A DNA stretch of 18,162 nucleotides from Candidatus Methylomirabilota bacterium. Its GTDB lineage: Bacteria > Methylomirabilota > Methylomirabilia > Rokubacteriales > CSP1-6. The notes under the pieces are model-generated. The model was not told the DNA's origin and searched no databases. It saw only the letters and a list, made by a program, of their open reading frames with translations. The stretch spans positions 1 to 18,162 of the forward strand of contig JBKPAK010000130.1 in the NCBI GenBank assembly GCA_046726415.1. The letters are read 5' to 3'. Of the stretch, positions 1 through 9,234 are shown one piece after another (position 1 is the first letter of the stretch; every line of letters begins with the position of its first letter). The position numbers and the translations under genes are program-made.

Positions 1-671
1 AGGTGGCCCTCCCGCATCACCACCGGCCGCGGGGCCGCGAAGTAGAGAGGGACGATGGGTATCTGTTCCTGGTGGATGTACTGCCAGACGTCGATCTCCG
101 TCCAGTTCGACAGCGGGAAGACTCGGATCGACTCTCCCTTGTTCACCTTGCCGTTGTAGAGGTTCCACAGCTCCGGCCGCTGGTTCTTGGGATCCCCCTG
201 GTGGAAGCGATCCCGGAACGAGTAGACGCGCTCTTTCGCGCGGCTCTTCTGCTCGTCGCGGCGAGCGCCCCCGAAGGCGGCATCGAACCCGTACCGACTG
301 AGGGCGTCCTTCAAGGCCTGGGTCTTCATGATGGCCGTGTACTTGTTCGAGCCGTAGTCGAACGGATTGATGCCCTGCCTCACCCCTTCCTGATTGATGT
401 ACTCGATCAGCCGCAGCTCGTGCTCCCGGCAGAACTGATCGCGGAAGGCGATCATGTCGCGGAATTTCCAAGTGGTGTTGACGTGCATCAGCGGGAAAGG
501 CACGCGGTCGGGGTGGAAGGCCTTCTGAGCTAGGCGCACCATAACCGAGGAGTCCTTCCCGATGGAGTACAGCATGACCGGGTTTTCGAACTCCGCAGCC
601 ACCTCGCGGATGATGTGGATGCTCTCCGCCTCGAGCTGCTGGAGGTGGGTCAGGGTGTAGCTGTTGGCCAT
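1..671 (-). CDS. cysD: Sulfate adenylyltransferase subunit 2 (CysD), 3' end runs off the window
   Basis: Absent from the ORF track because no stop lies in the window. Manual translation from ATG 671 gives [44 protein letters not shown]...[22 protein letters not shown]...[14 protein letters not shown]...[19 protein letters not shown]...IVPLYFA, which are CysD hallmark motifs. Confidence 0.96.
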   Translation of the reverse strand, partial: MANSYTLTHLQQLEAESIHIIREVAAEFENPVMLYSIGKDSSVMVRLAQKAFHPDRVPFPLMHVNTTWKFRDMIAFRDQFCREHELRLIEYINQEGVRQGINPFDYGSNKYTAIMKTQALKDALSRYGFDAAFGGARRDEQKSRAKERVYSFRDRFHQGDPKNQRPELWNLYNGKVNKGESIRVFPLSNWTEIDVWQYIHQEQIPIVPLYFAAPRPVVMREGH

Positions 672-694
672 TCGGTCCCCCCGCCGCCGCTATC

Positions 695-1654
695 CTATCC
701 CTGAAAGGTCGGCCGGCCCTCGTCCCGATTCCAGAGGCGAATCAGATGGCGCTTGAGCGGCGCATCTTCCCAGTCCTCGAAGGCCGTCCGGCTGTGAGCC
801 AGACCGTGATTATTGAGGTACTGGATCTGACCGCGGTCAATGGTGAACTCCACGCGGCACGTCGGGGCCTCGGCGATCTCGCGCATCGCGGCCAACGCCT
901 CCCGACCCTCACCGTCGAGGGCGCAGCCGGCCAGCGCTTCGCCGTTCAGAATCAGGGCCTCGTTGTAGCGGGCGAGCAAGCCCTGGCCGCCGCGCTGGAA
1001 TACGGGCTGCCAGGCGACCTTCTCATCATCGGGGGCGTGCTCGGCCTGGCGATCCCACGGGAACGCCCGGTAGAGCCGCGGGAGTAGGTCAGGATGACGG
1101 CGCTGCAGCTCGTGGTGGACTGTGATCAGGCTGACCATGCGGCTCACGCCACCCTGGCGCGCCGAGTTTACACACACGAGACCGACCAGCTCGGGGGGGA
1201 GCGGCAGCCAGGGCGCGTCGGTATGAAAGAGCAGTTCCAAATTGGTCACCGAGCGCCGCACGCCGTAGGCCAGCGACTTCCCCGTGTCGCGCACGTCGTA
1301 GATCATGGTGCCGTCCCACTTCTGGGCGACCAGGCGCCCGAGCAGGGAGCCGAGAAGCCAGGCGACGGCGCGGTTTTCCTCGAGGGTGAATCGCTCGACC
1401 GGGATGCGGTCGATCAGCGCGATTCCCGTGCCCTCGCGCAGCTGGCGGGCCGCGGTGCGCATAACCCTGGCGCATTCCGCGAAGGGGAACTGTCCCGGCG
1501 ACAGAAGGAGCACGGGGAACGGATCTTTGCGCAGCGCCAGAACGACGTCTTCCACCTCAGCGACGGCCGCCTCTGGCAGAGGGATCAGCCAGTCCGTGGG
1601 TGAAATGGTGTCGTGGGTCCAGCACCGCTGGTCACTGAGTCTTGAGGCGAGCAT
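695..1654 (-). CDS. TauD/TfdA family Fe(II)/2-oxoglutarate-dependent dioxygenase
   Basis: HxD motif (LLFHTD), distal His (NNHGLAHSR) and C-terminal RHLIRLW. Start moved from 1690 to ATG 1654, which is preceded by the Shine-Dalgarno GGAGGAGAGC. Confidence 0.88.
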   Translation of the reverse strand: MLASRLSDQRCWTHDTISPTDWLIPLPEAAVAEVEDVVLALRKDPFPVLLLSPGQFPFAECARVMRTAARQLREGTGIALIDRIPVERFTLEENRAVAWLLGSLLGRLVAQKWDGTMIYDVRDTGKSLAYGVRRSVTNLELLFHTDAPWLPLPPELVGLVCVNSARQGGVSRMVSLITVHHELQRRHPDLLPRLYRAFPWDRQAEHAPDDEKVAWQPVFQRGGQGLLARYNEALILNGEALAGCALDGEGREALAAMREIAEAPTCRVEFTIDRGQIQYLNNHGLAHSRTAFEDWEDAPLKRHLIRLWNRDEGRPTFQG

Positions 1655-1872
1655 GCTCTCCTCCCGCGCGGCGTGTCGGCTGCGCCGCACCGGCCATTAT
1701 GATCGCACCGACCGGAAACGAGCTGCCAACGTCAGCGCGAAGGCTCCTATCCTTGACCCGCCACGGATGGGGTGCCGAGCGTCACGGCGAGAAGTCGAAA
1801 TGCGCGTGCTCTCGTAGGGCAGGGAGAGATCCCAGCGGTCCCGCTCACGCATAAGCGCTCTGGGACGTCAGC

Positions 1873-2859
<987 letters not shown>

Positions 2860-2962
2860 GTGGTCTCCCCCCGCGATATTCGACGTCCGCTCGAATCTAC
2901 CGTGCCCATCCCGTTCCCGCCATCCCCGCCGCCGGAACACCGAGGTCCGCGACATGCACGGC

Positions 2963-3940
2963 CTAGGGGGCGCGATACTCCTCGATGATCTTGAGAATGC
3001 GTTCTCGGGCGACGTTCCTGAGCGCCGGATCCGAGAGGTCGCGATCGAGGTAGTCCTCCTCCACCTCGTACATCTTCATGAACCGCGGGGGCTGGCCGGC
3101 CGGCGCCGTCTCGATGAAGGGACCGCGTCCCGTCAGGACACCCTCCCAGGTCTCGCGCAAGAGCGCCCAGAACGCCTGTCGCGGGCGAGCGAACGCCTGG
3201 CCGGCGGCGCACTCGGAGTCCGGCACGCGCACGTACCAGTTCTTTCCGGTTTCCCTGGCGAGCGGGGTGCGACCCGTCTCGCCGTGGATGGTCTTGACGT
3301 TCTCCTGCCGTTCGAGCCAGCTGCCGCCGTAGGCGATGATGCGGGTGCCGCGCGCGAGGGCGTGGTAATCGCCACGGCCCATGTCGCGCGTCTCGCGGCC
3401 CGGGATCGGAGCGTAGTTCGAGCACGACCACTCGGGATAGACCGTGTCCGCCCGCCACCGCGCCGCGCACTGGTAGCGCAGCCCATCGTCGAGGTTCGTG
3501 ACCCGTCGCGTCCACAACCCGGGAGTGGCTCTCAAGTCCTTCACCTGCCAATGCCGCGGGGCCACGAAGTCGTACAGGTACGGCGCATCGTACTCCCAGT
3601 CTTCCGACTGATGCCGGATCTCGCTGCCCGCCCGGAGCTCACCTCGCAGATCCGTGGCGAACAGGACGCGCTGGAGCCGGATCCGCCGGGGCGACAGGAG
3701 CTCGGCGGAAATCCACTCCTTGACCGACTTGTCGCGGTTGACGTCGTAGACGCGAGCGTCCCGGACGTACCCGGGGCGGAGGCTCTCCGTTTCGGCGTAG
3801 CTGTAGTCCACGAGGTAACAGCCCGCCATACTGCGGATGGCCTGCCGCCCCCGGTCAAGCTGGTCGTCGGCCGCGCTTGCGGCAGCCACAGCGCCAGCCA
3901 ACAGCATCAGAACAGCGAGGATTCGCGCGAACGTCGCCAA
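2963..3940 (-). CDS. Secreted DUF6607-like protein
   Basis: Signal peptide ([23 protein letters not shown]). [40 protein letters not shown] and PIPGRE resemble the DUF6607 family as I recall it. TTG start is preceded by AGAGGAGAGG. Confidence 0.75.
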   Translation of the reverse strand: MATFARILAVLMLLAGAVAAASAADDQLDRGRQAIRSMAGCYLVDYSYAETESLRPGYVRDARVYDVNRDKSVKEWISAELLSPRRIRLQRVLFATDLRGELRAGSEIRHQSEDWEYDAPYLYDFVAPRHWQVKDLRATPGLWTRRVTNLDDGLRYQCAARWRADTVYPEWSCSNYAPIPGRETRDMGRGDYHALARGTRIIAYGGSWLERQENVKTIHGETGRTPLARETGKNWYVRVPDSECAAGQAFARPRQAFWALLRETWEGVLTGRGPFIETAPAGQPPRFMKMYEVEEDYLDRDLSDPALRNVARERILKIIEEYRAP

Positions 3941-3972
3941 CCTCTCCTCTCGCGAAGATCCGACGGCCTCGA

Positions 3973-3988
3973 GTTAGGAGTACCTAAC
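3973..3988. promoter_or_regulatory. DtxR/IdeR/MntR/SirR-type operator (TTAGG-N4-CCTAA)
   Basis: Palindrome GTTAGG-AGTA-CCTAAC about 32 bp upstream of the DUF6607-like start. It overlaps the -10 position (TACTCC, 3982-3977), which lies 17 bp from TTGACG (4005-4000) on the minus strand. Confidence 0.6.
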
Positions 3989-4016
3989 GCGGCCCCGCTC
4001 GTCAACCGGTGAGCGG

Positions 4017-6347
4017 TCAGCGCGAGAACAGCTCGCGCAAACGCTGCCACCAGTCGCCGATGCGGCCCGGAAGCTGGCCGTGCTCGTCGCAAGCCGGCGG
4101 CTCGGTGCCGGTCAGGAAGACCTCGCGCGTGACGAGCGGGCACGACGCACTGGCGCGCTTGCCCGAGGTGGGGTCGATCTCGGCAATGCTGAGGCCGGGA
4201 GGTATCGGGAAGGGCGGCGACGGATAGGCTTCGAGCGCCTGCTTCATGAAGTCGGCCCAGATGGGAAGGGCCGCCTGCGCACCGTTGAGCCCGTGGGCGT
4301 CGTCCTGATCGAAACCCACCCATACGACCGCGAGCAGTCGCGACGAATAGCCGACGAACCACGCGTCGCGCCCGTCGTTGGTCGTGCCCGTCTTGCCGGC
4401 GATCTCTCCGGGCACGCCGAGGGCTTGCGCGGGAGCACCCGTCCCCGAGCGCATCACGCCGCCCAACAGCGACGTCATGAGATATGCCTCGGCAGGAGAG
4501 ATGACGGCCTGAGGGGGCCCCTCGTGCCCGCCAGGGACACGGGTGGGATCGGCACCGGAAAGCGCGCGCACCGCCGTGACGGCTTCCGGACGGACGCCGC
4601 CATTGGCGAAGGCCGCGTAGGCTCGCGCCAACTCCAGCGGAGTCACCTCGAACACCCCCAGGGCGATCGCCGGCACCGGCGCCATGCTCCCCGCGATGCC
4701 GAGCGCGCGCGCCGTCTCGAGCACTGTGGCGGGACCGACCGCCTGCGCGAGGCGAACGGTGGCGCTGTTGAGCGACTGCTCGAGCGCGCGCCGCACGCTG
4801 ACCCGCCCCTCGTAGCGGTCGTCATAGTTGCGAGGACTCCAGGGCTTCCGATCGACCTGCAAGGTGAGTGGCGCATCATCGACGAACGAGGCGGCGGTGA
4901 AGCGCGGGGCACCGTCGCGGGCGCGAAGGGCGGCGAGGTACACGAAGGGCTTGAAGGCCGATCCCGGCTGTCGTCGAGCGTGGGCCGCCCTGTTGAACTG
5001 GCTCGCTCGGTAGTCCCGGCCGCCCACGAAGGCCCGGATTTCTCCGGTGGAAGGATCGAGCGCGACGAGAACGGCCTGCAGGCGAGCGCGCTGGTCCGGC
5101 CGGCGCAACCGCGGCGCGCTGGTCTCCAGCCGATCGAGGCCTCGAGCGATCGCGTTCTCTGCGAAGCGCTGGAGGGGCGGGTCGAGCGTGGTGAAGACGC
5201 GTGTGATCTGCCCGTCCTTCAGAGTGTTCTCGTCGAACCGCCGTTCTATCTCCTGCCGAACGTGATCGGCGAAGTAGGGGGCCATCTGGCCGGGCCCTGG
5301 CTGGGCGAAGGCCCGGATCGGCTCGCGCTGGGCCCGCGCATGGGCGTTATCGTCGAGCATGCGTAGCTCGTGCATGCGCGCCAGTATCGAATCCCGACGG
5401 TCCCGCGCCCGCGCCGGGTCGACCACTGGAGAGTACGTGTTGGGGGCGCGGAGCATGCCGGCGAGCAACGCGGCCTCACCGGCCGTGAGCTGGTGGGGTT
5501 CCTTGGCGAAGTACGCGCGCGCGGCGGCTCCCACCCCGCGGATGGCCAGCGTGCCACGCTGGCCGAGATAGACCTCGTTCAGGTACGCCTCGAGGATCTG
5601 ATCCTTCGAGTAGCGCCACTCCACCAACGTAGCCAGCCAAGCTTCCTGGAGCTTCCTGGCCAGGGTCCGCTGCGGCGTGAGCAGCCGGATCTTGACGAGT
5701 TGCTGGGTGATGGTACTGCCGCCTTGGCGCACCCGCCCGGCGCGAAGGTTCGCCCACCCGGCGCGCGCCAGGCCGTAGACGTCGAGGCCCCTGTGGTCGA
5801 AGAACCGATGGTCTTCCGCCGCCAGCACGGCATTCACGAGGAGGGGCGACAGGTAGGCCAGCCGGATTGGCCGATGATCTTCTCCCGACTGATCAGCCCC
5901 GCCCGTGAGCACCTCACCCTCTAGCTCCAGACCATCGACGGGCTGAGCGTTGCGGAGCACGCGGGCGATCCTCGGGCCGTCCATCTCGAGGCGGACGCGT
6001 TCCCCGTGTCCCGTCTCTCGCGACCCCTCGCCGCCCCGAGGAATGATGTCCCACACGGCTTGCCCGCGGCGGAACTGACCGGGTGCGCTTGGTGTGCCTC
6101 TCACCTCGGTATATCCCAGTCGGCCCAGGGTGCCAGCGAGGTCGATGAGGCGAACGTGGACTCCGGGCGCCAACCGCTGCCCGGCCATATAGACGAAGAG
6201 GCTGCGGCGCGCCTCAGCCCGCGCAAAGCGCCGCAACTCGAGCGTGGAAGAGACAGCGGCCGCGAGCGTGGCCAACACAGTGAGCCCGGCCAGCCCGATC
6301 AGGACTGTCCGAGCTTTCGGCAACTTTCGCAGATATTCCGGCGTCAC
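4017..6347 (-). CDS. mrcB: Class A penicillin-binding protein, PBP1b-like (transglycosylase + transpeptidase, UB2H-like segment)
   Basis: N-terminal TM helix and UB2H-like LGYTEVRGTPSAPGQF. Transglycosylase motifs EDHRF, QGGSTITQQLVK, RKLQE and KDQILEAYLNEVYLG. Transpeptidase motifs SAFK, SLN and KTGT. Start placed at GTG 6347 (AGGGG upstream); ATG 6392 is the alternative. Confidence 0.88.
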   Translation of the reverse strand: MTPEYLRKLPKARTVLIGLAGLTVLATLAAAVSSTLELRRFARAEARRSLFVYMAGQRLAPGVHVRLIDLAGTLGRLGYTEVRGTPSAPGQFRRGQAVWDIIPRGGEGSRETGHGERVRLEMDGPRIARVLRNAQPVDGLELEGEVLTGGADQSGEDHRPIRLAYLSPLLVNAVLAAEDHRFFDHRGLDVYGLARAGWANLRAGRVRQGGSTITQQLVKIRLLTPQRTLARKLQEAWLATLVEWRYSKDQILEAYLNEVYLGQRGTLAIRGVGAAARAYFAKEPHQLTAGEAALLAGMLRAPNTYSPVVDPARARDRRDSILARMHELRMLDDNAHARAQREPIRAFAQPGPGQMAPYFADHVRQEIERRFDENTLKDGQITRVFTTLDPPLQRFAENAIARGLDRLETSAPRLRRPDQRARLQAVLVALDPSTGEIRAFVGGRDYRASQFNRAAHARRQPGSAFKPFVYLAALRARDGAPRFTAASFVDDAPLTLQVDRKPWSPRNYDDRYEGRVSVRRALEQSLNSATVRLAQAVGPATVLETARALGIAGSMAPVPAIALGVFEVTPLELARAYAAFANGGVRPEAVTAVRALSGADPTRVPGGHEGPPQAVISPAEAYLMTSLLGGVMRSGTGAPAQALGVPGEIAGKTGTTNDGRDAWFVGYSSRLLAVVWVGFDQDDAHGLNGAQAALPIWADFMKQALEAYPSPPFPIPPGLSIAEIDPTSGKRASASCPLVTREVFLTGTEPPACDEHGQLPGRIGDWWQRLRELFSR

Positions 6348-6371
6348 CCGCCGCCCCTGGTCCGGTCTCCC

Positions 6372-6388
6372 AGCAGCTACCGTGCCAA
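6372..6388 (-). promoter_or_regulatory. sigma54 (-24/-12) promoter candidate for the PBP gene
   Basis: Minus strand reads TTGGCACGGTAGCTGCT against consensus YTGGCACGRNNNTTGCW, with exact GG-N10-GC spacing. Predicted TSS near 6361, about 14 nt before GTG 6347. Confidence 0.55.
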
Positions 6389-6690
6389 CCATATCTCGAA
6401 GCGGAGGCGGACATCTGTGCGACGTCCCGCAGAACTTCGCGGATTGGCGATGCGTTTCGGGTCGCGAGGCGCGGGCTGGGCGCTGGTCGGCTCTCACAAC
6501 CAAGAAGGCAATTCCTACAAGGCAGTTCCTGCGCGCTCCGAGACGGTGCCCCGCCTCCGCGGGCTCGAGATGGAGCCGCTGGGGCACCCCATCTCCGCTA
6601 GGATACGGGACAGGATCTCGTCTCGGGGCGCATCCGGAGCGTGGGCCTCGCCGGCCGACGTGCCGAAGGGTGACGGGGGTCAGGATGAGC

Positions 6691-7212
6691 ATGAGCGCTC
6701 GTGTCGCGACGCCAGCGGACGCTCCGGCCATCGCGGAGATTTACAACCACGGGATCGAGGAGCGCGTCGCCACCTTCGAGACCGAGCCACGGACGGCGCA
6801 GCAGATCGAGGCGCAGCTCCGAGAGAAGGGCGACCGTCATCCGACGATCGTCGTCGAGCGCGATGGGGTGGTGGTCGCCTGGGCCAGTGCGGGCCCCTAT
6901 CGCGCGCGTCCCGCCTACCAGGGCGTCGCGGAGCACTCCGTCTACGTCCATCGGGCCGCGCGAGGCACGGGTGCCGGACGCGCCGCCCTCGAGGCGCTCT
7001 GCCGCATCTACGCGGAACGCGGCTTCTGGAAGCTCGTCTCGCGGATCTTCCCGGAGAACGTCGCCAGCCTCGTGCTCCACCAGCGCGCCGGCTTTCGCAC
7101 CGTGGGCGTGTACCAGCGCCACGGCCAGCTCGACGGCCTCTGGCGCGACTGCGTTATCGTGGAGAAGCTCCTCGGCGACACGGCTGCCGAGCCCGGTCCG
7201 AGGTCACCCTGA
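6691..7212 (+). CDS. GNAT N-acetyltransferase, phosphinothricin/arsinothricin (ArsN1 family A-like) acetyltransferase
   Basis: IYNHGIEERVATFETEPR, RPAYQGVAEHSVYV, RGTGAG acetyl-CoA loop, GFWKLVSRIFPEN and HGQLDGLWRDCVIVEKLL. Start is ATG 6691 or 6685. Confidence 0.85.
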   Translation: MSARVATPADAPAIAEIYNHGIEERVATFETEPRTAQQIEAQLREKGDRHPTIVVERDGVVVAWASAGPYRARPAYQGVAEHSVYVHRAARGTGAGRAALEALCRIYAERGFWKLVSRIFPENVASLVLHQRAGFRTVGVYQRHGQLDGLWRDCVIVEKLLGDTAAEPGPRSP

Positions 7213-7313
7213 CGCGCGATCGCGCCGTCCGCGCTTGGACGAGGGGCGCGGATTCGACAGGTCGCGCCGGTCACCCGCTCGTTCGAGCGCGCTCAGGCCT
7301 CGGACATGGCCGC

Positions 7314-8372
7314 TCAGGCCGAGGCGAGCGGCAGAGCGACACCGCAGCCCGTCCCGCTCGAGAGCAGCGCGGCCGCGAGCACCTCCTGCACGTCGCGACC
7401 GACCTCCGGACCGCACAGTCCCTCCACGGGGCGGCCATCTCGGATGCGCGACAGGAAGTAGCTTGGGCCATCGCGCTCGTCGGGCGGGAGCAGAGGTGGA
7501 TCGCAAACGCGGCTGCCTCCCGCCGTCACCAGCTGGACGTGACCGGAGCCGACCCTCTGTCCCTCGCGCGTCATCCGCGACTGGTGCACCACCAACGTTC
7601 CGGCGTCACCGTAGACCAGCATGGCGAACGCCGGCTCGGCGCCCACCTGCGTCCAGCTCGCCTCGAGAAGCCCGAGCGCGCGGGGATAGCGGAGCACGAC
7701 GACGACATTGTCCTCGGCCTCGAGATCCGGCTTGCGAAGGCGCGCCGCCACGGCCGTGACCTCCTGGGGTTTACCGAGAAGGGTCCGGCAGAGCAGGGCG
7801 CCATAGCCGCAGTAGTCGACGAGCGCGCCGCCACCGTTGCGGGCGGGATCGTAGAGCCACTCGCAGAACTGCGGCGAGCATCCGAACTCGCGCGGACCGG
7901 CGTGACCTCCGCGATGACTCACCTGGACCGGCTCCCCCACGGCGCCGTCCTGGGCGAGGGCCAGCCCGTGGCGGAGCGCAGGCCGCCACACCGTGGGCCA
8001 GTTCACCATCAGTGGCCGCCGCGCGACCCGGGCCGCGGCAAGCAACGCCTCCGCCCCCGAGAGGTCGGCCGCCATCGGCTTCTCGACCATCACGGGCAGT
8101 CCGCGCTGCAGCGCGCGCACACCCAGTTCGGCCGAGGTCCGGTTGTCGGAGAAGACCAGAACGGCGTCGAGGTTGCGGCGCTCGAGGAGCGCGTCGTGCG
8201 CAGCGAGCGCAGGGACCCCGCCGTGGGTCTGCTCCAGGCGCTGGCGGAGCCGGGGATCGGGATCCGCCGCCGCGACGAGCTGGCCGAGATCGCCCGTCGC
8301 CACCGCGGCGAGATTCGACCACACGTGGTCGTGGCTCAGCCCGAGGACACCGATGCGCAGGCGAGGCGTCAC
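7314..8372 (-). CDS. Gfo/Idh/MocA family NAD(P)-dependent oxidoreductase
   Basis: N-terminal Rossmann-like LRIGVLGL, VMVEKPMA motif, GGGALVDYCGYG and AEDN. GTG start is preceded by GAGG. Confidence 0.9.
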   Translation of the reverse strand: MTPRLRIGVLGLSHDHVWSNLAAVATGDLGQLVAAADPDPRLRQRLEQTHGGVPALAAHDALLERRNLDAVLVFSDNRTSAELGVRALQRGLPVMVEKPMAADLSGAEALLAAARVARRPLMVNWPTVWRPALRHGLALAQDGAVGEPVQVSHRGGHAGPREFGCSPQFCEWLYDPARNGGGALVDYCGYGALLCRTLLGKPQEVTAVAARLRKPDLEAEDNVVVVLRYPRALGLLEASWTQVGAEPAFAMLVYGDAGTLVVHQSRMTREGQRVGSGHVQLVTAGGSRVCDPPLLPPDERDGPSYFLSRIRDGRPVEGLCGPEVGRDVQEVLAAALLSSGTGCGVALPLASA

Positions 8373-8382
8373 GCGCGTCGCC

Positions 8383-8954
8383 TCAACCCTTGAGGCCGCC
8401 CGCTCCCCAGCCGGCGATGAGATAGCGCTGCACGGCGATGAAGAAGACGAGGGCGGGGATGGTCACCATGACGCCGGCGGCCATGATCAGGCCCCAGTCC
8501 ACCACCGCCATGTGGAAGAACTCGTTGATCCCGATGGCCAGCGCCACACGAAGACCGCGATGACGGTGGGAATCATGTAGGGGAAGAGGGCCACCCCGCG
8601 CAGGAAGTCGCAGCCCGCAAACCGCTTGTGCAAGATCAGCGCGCCGGCCACGCCGGCCACGATCTGCAGCGCCGTGCTGCCGATGGCGTAGACGGTGGCC
8701 AGCCAAACGCTGCGCCAGAAGTCGGCGTCGGCGAGAATCTGAAGGTAATTGCCGAGACCGACCCACGTGCTGGTGGCCCGCAGCGAATGCTTGGAGTAGA
8801 AGCCGAGCCACACATTGTAGGCCACGGGAAAGATGGTGAACGCGAGGACCAGCGCGGCGGAAGGCAGGAGCAGGCCCATGCCGATGACGGCCTGGCGCCA
8901 CCGGCGCGAGGCCGGCCCCGACGCGAGCACCAGCGTGTCAGCGCGCACACTCAT
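8383..8954 (-). pseudogene. Carbohydrate ABC permease pseudogene: N-terminus of a MalF/UgpA-type permease joined out of frame to the C-terminus of a MalG/UgpE-type permease
   Basis: 8954-8538 encodes LLLPSAALVLAFTIFPVAYNVWLGF...WVGLGNY...FWRSV...FPYMIPTVIAVFVWRW (permease 1 N-half). 8541-8383, in another frame, encodes LAIGINEFFHMAVVDWGLIMAAGVMVTIPALVFFIAVQRYLIAGWGAGGLKG (permease 2 C-terminus). No EAA loop is present. Confidence 0.82.
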
Positions 8955-9020
8955 GGAAACGTCCGCGGGCGGCCCAGCACCGGGCGGGGAAGAGCGCCGG
9001 CCACCCGCACCGTCGCCGTC

Positions 9021-9170
9021 CTACTTACTCTTGGCGATGATGTCTCGCTGAATCTTCTCGCTGGCCTCCTTGGCCGCCGCCCGAGGGTCCTTTCCCTTTT
9101 CCACCACGGCCATGGCCATGTCGGCCAGGATCGGGGCCGCGGCCACGTCGCCGATCCAGGGGATCAGCCG
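9021..9170 (-). pseudogene. C-terminal remnant of an ABC extracellular solute-binding protein
   Basis: RLIPWIGDVAAAPILADMAMAVVEKGKDPRAAAKEASEKIQRDIIAKSK* resembles the terminal helices of sugar-binding proteins and sits just upstream of the permease. There is no signal peptide or body of the gene and no convincing start. Confidence 0.6.
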
Positions 9171-9234
9171 GTCTTGCGGATTGCACACCAGCAGCGGATG
9201 CGCGCGACCCGTCCCTGGCGAGCCCGGTTGGGAG

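Noticed and set aside
3-533. 176-aa plus-strand ORF
   Set aside because: Antisense shadow of cysD, which has clear family motifs on the minus strand.
1714-1729. sigma54-like TTGGCAGCTCGTTTCC upstream of the TauD-family gene (minus strand)
   Set aside because: It lacks the GC at -12 (has CC) and the CAC core, so the match is too weak.
2878-2896. ATTCGA-N7-TCGAAT inverted repeat before the aldo/keto reductase
   Set aside because: Only 6-bp arms and no convincing -35 nearby. It could be an operator but cannot be supported.
6348-6731. N-terminal extension making the PBP 904 aa
   Set aside because: Low-complexity Arg/Pro/Gly-rich sequence before the TM anchor that overlaps the divergent GNAT start and regulatory motifs.
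7213-7313. GC hairpins between the convergent GNAT and Gfo genes
   Set aside because: Short, bulged stems without a U-tract, as expected by chance at this GC content.
6006-8393. 795-aa plus-strand ORF
   Set aside because: It overlaps PBP, GNAT (other frame) and Gfo/Idh/MocA (antisense), is Arg-rich, and has no motifs.
8530-8550. Programmed frameshift producing a functional mini-permease
   Set aside because: No slippery heptamer is present, and the joined product would still lack any EAA loop. A deletion explains it better.
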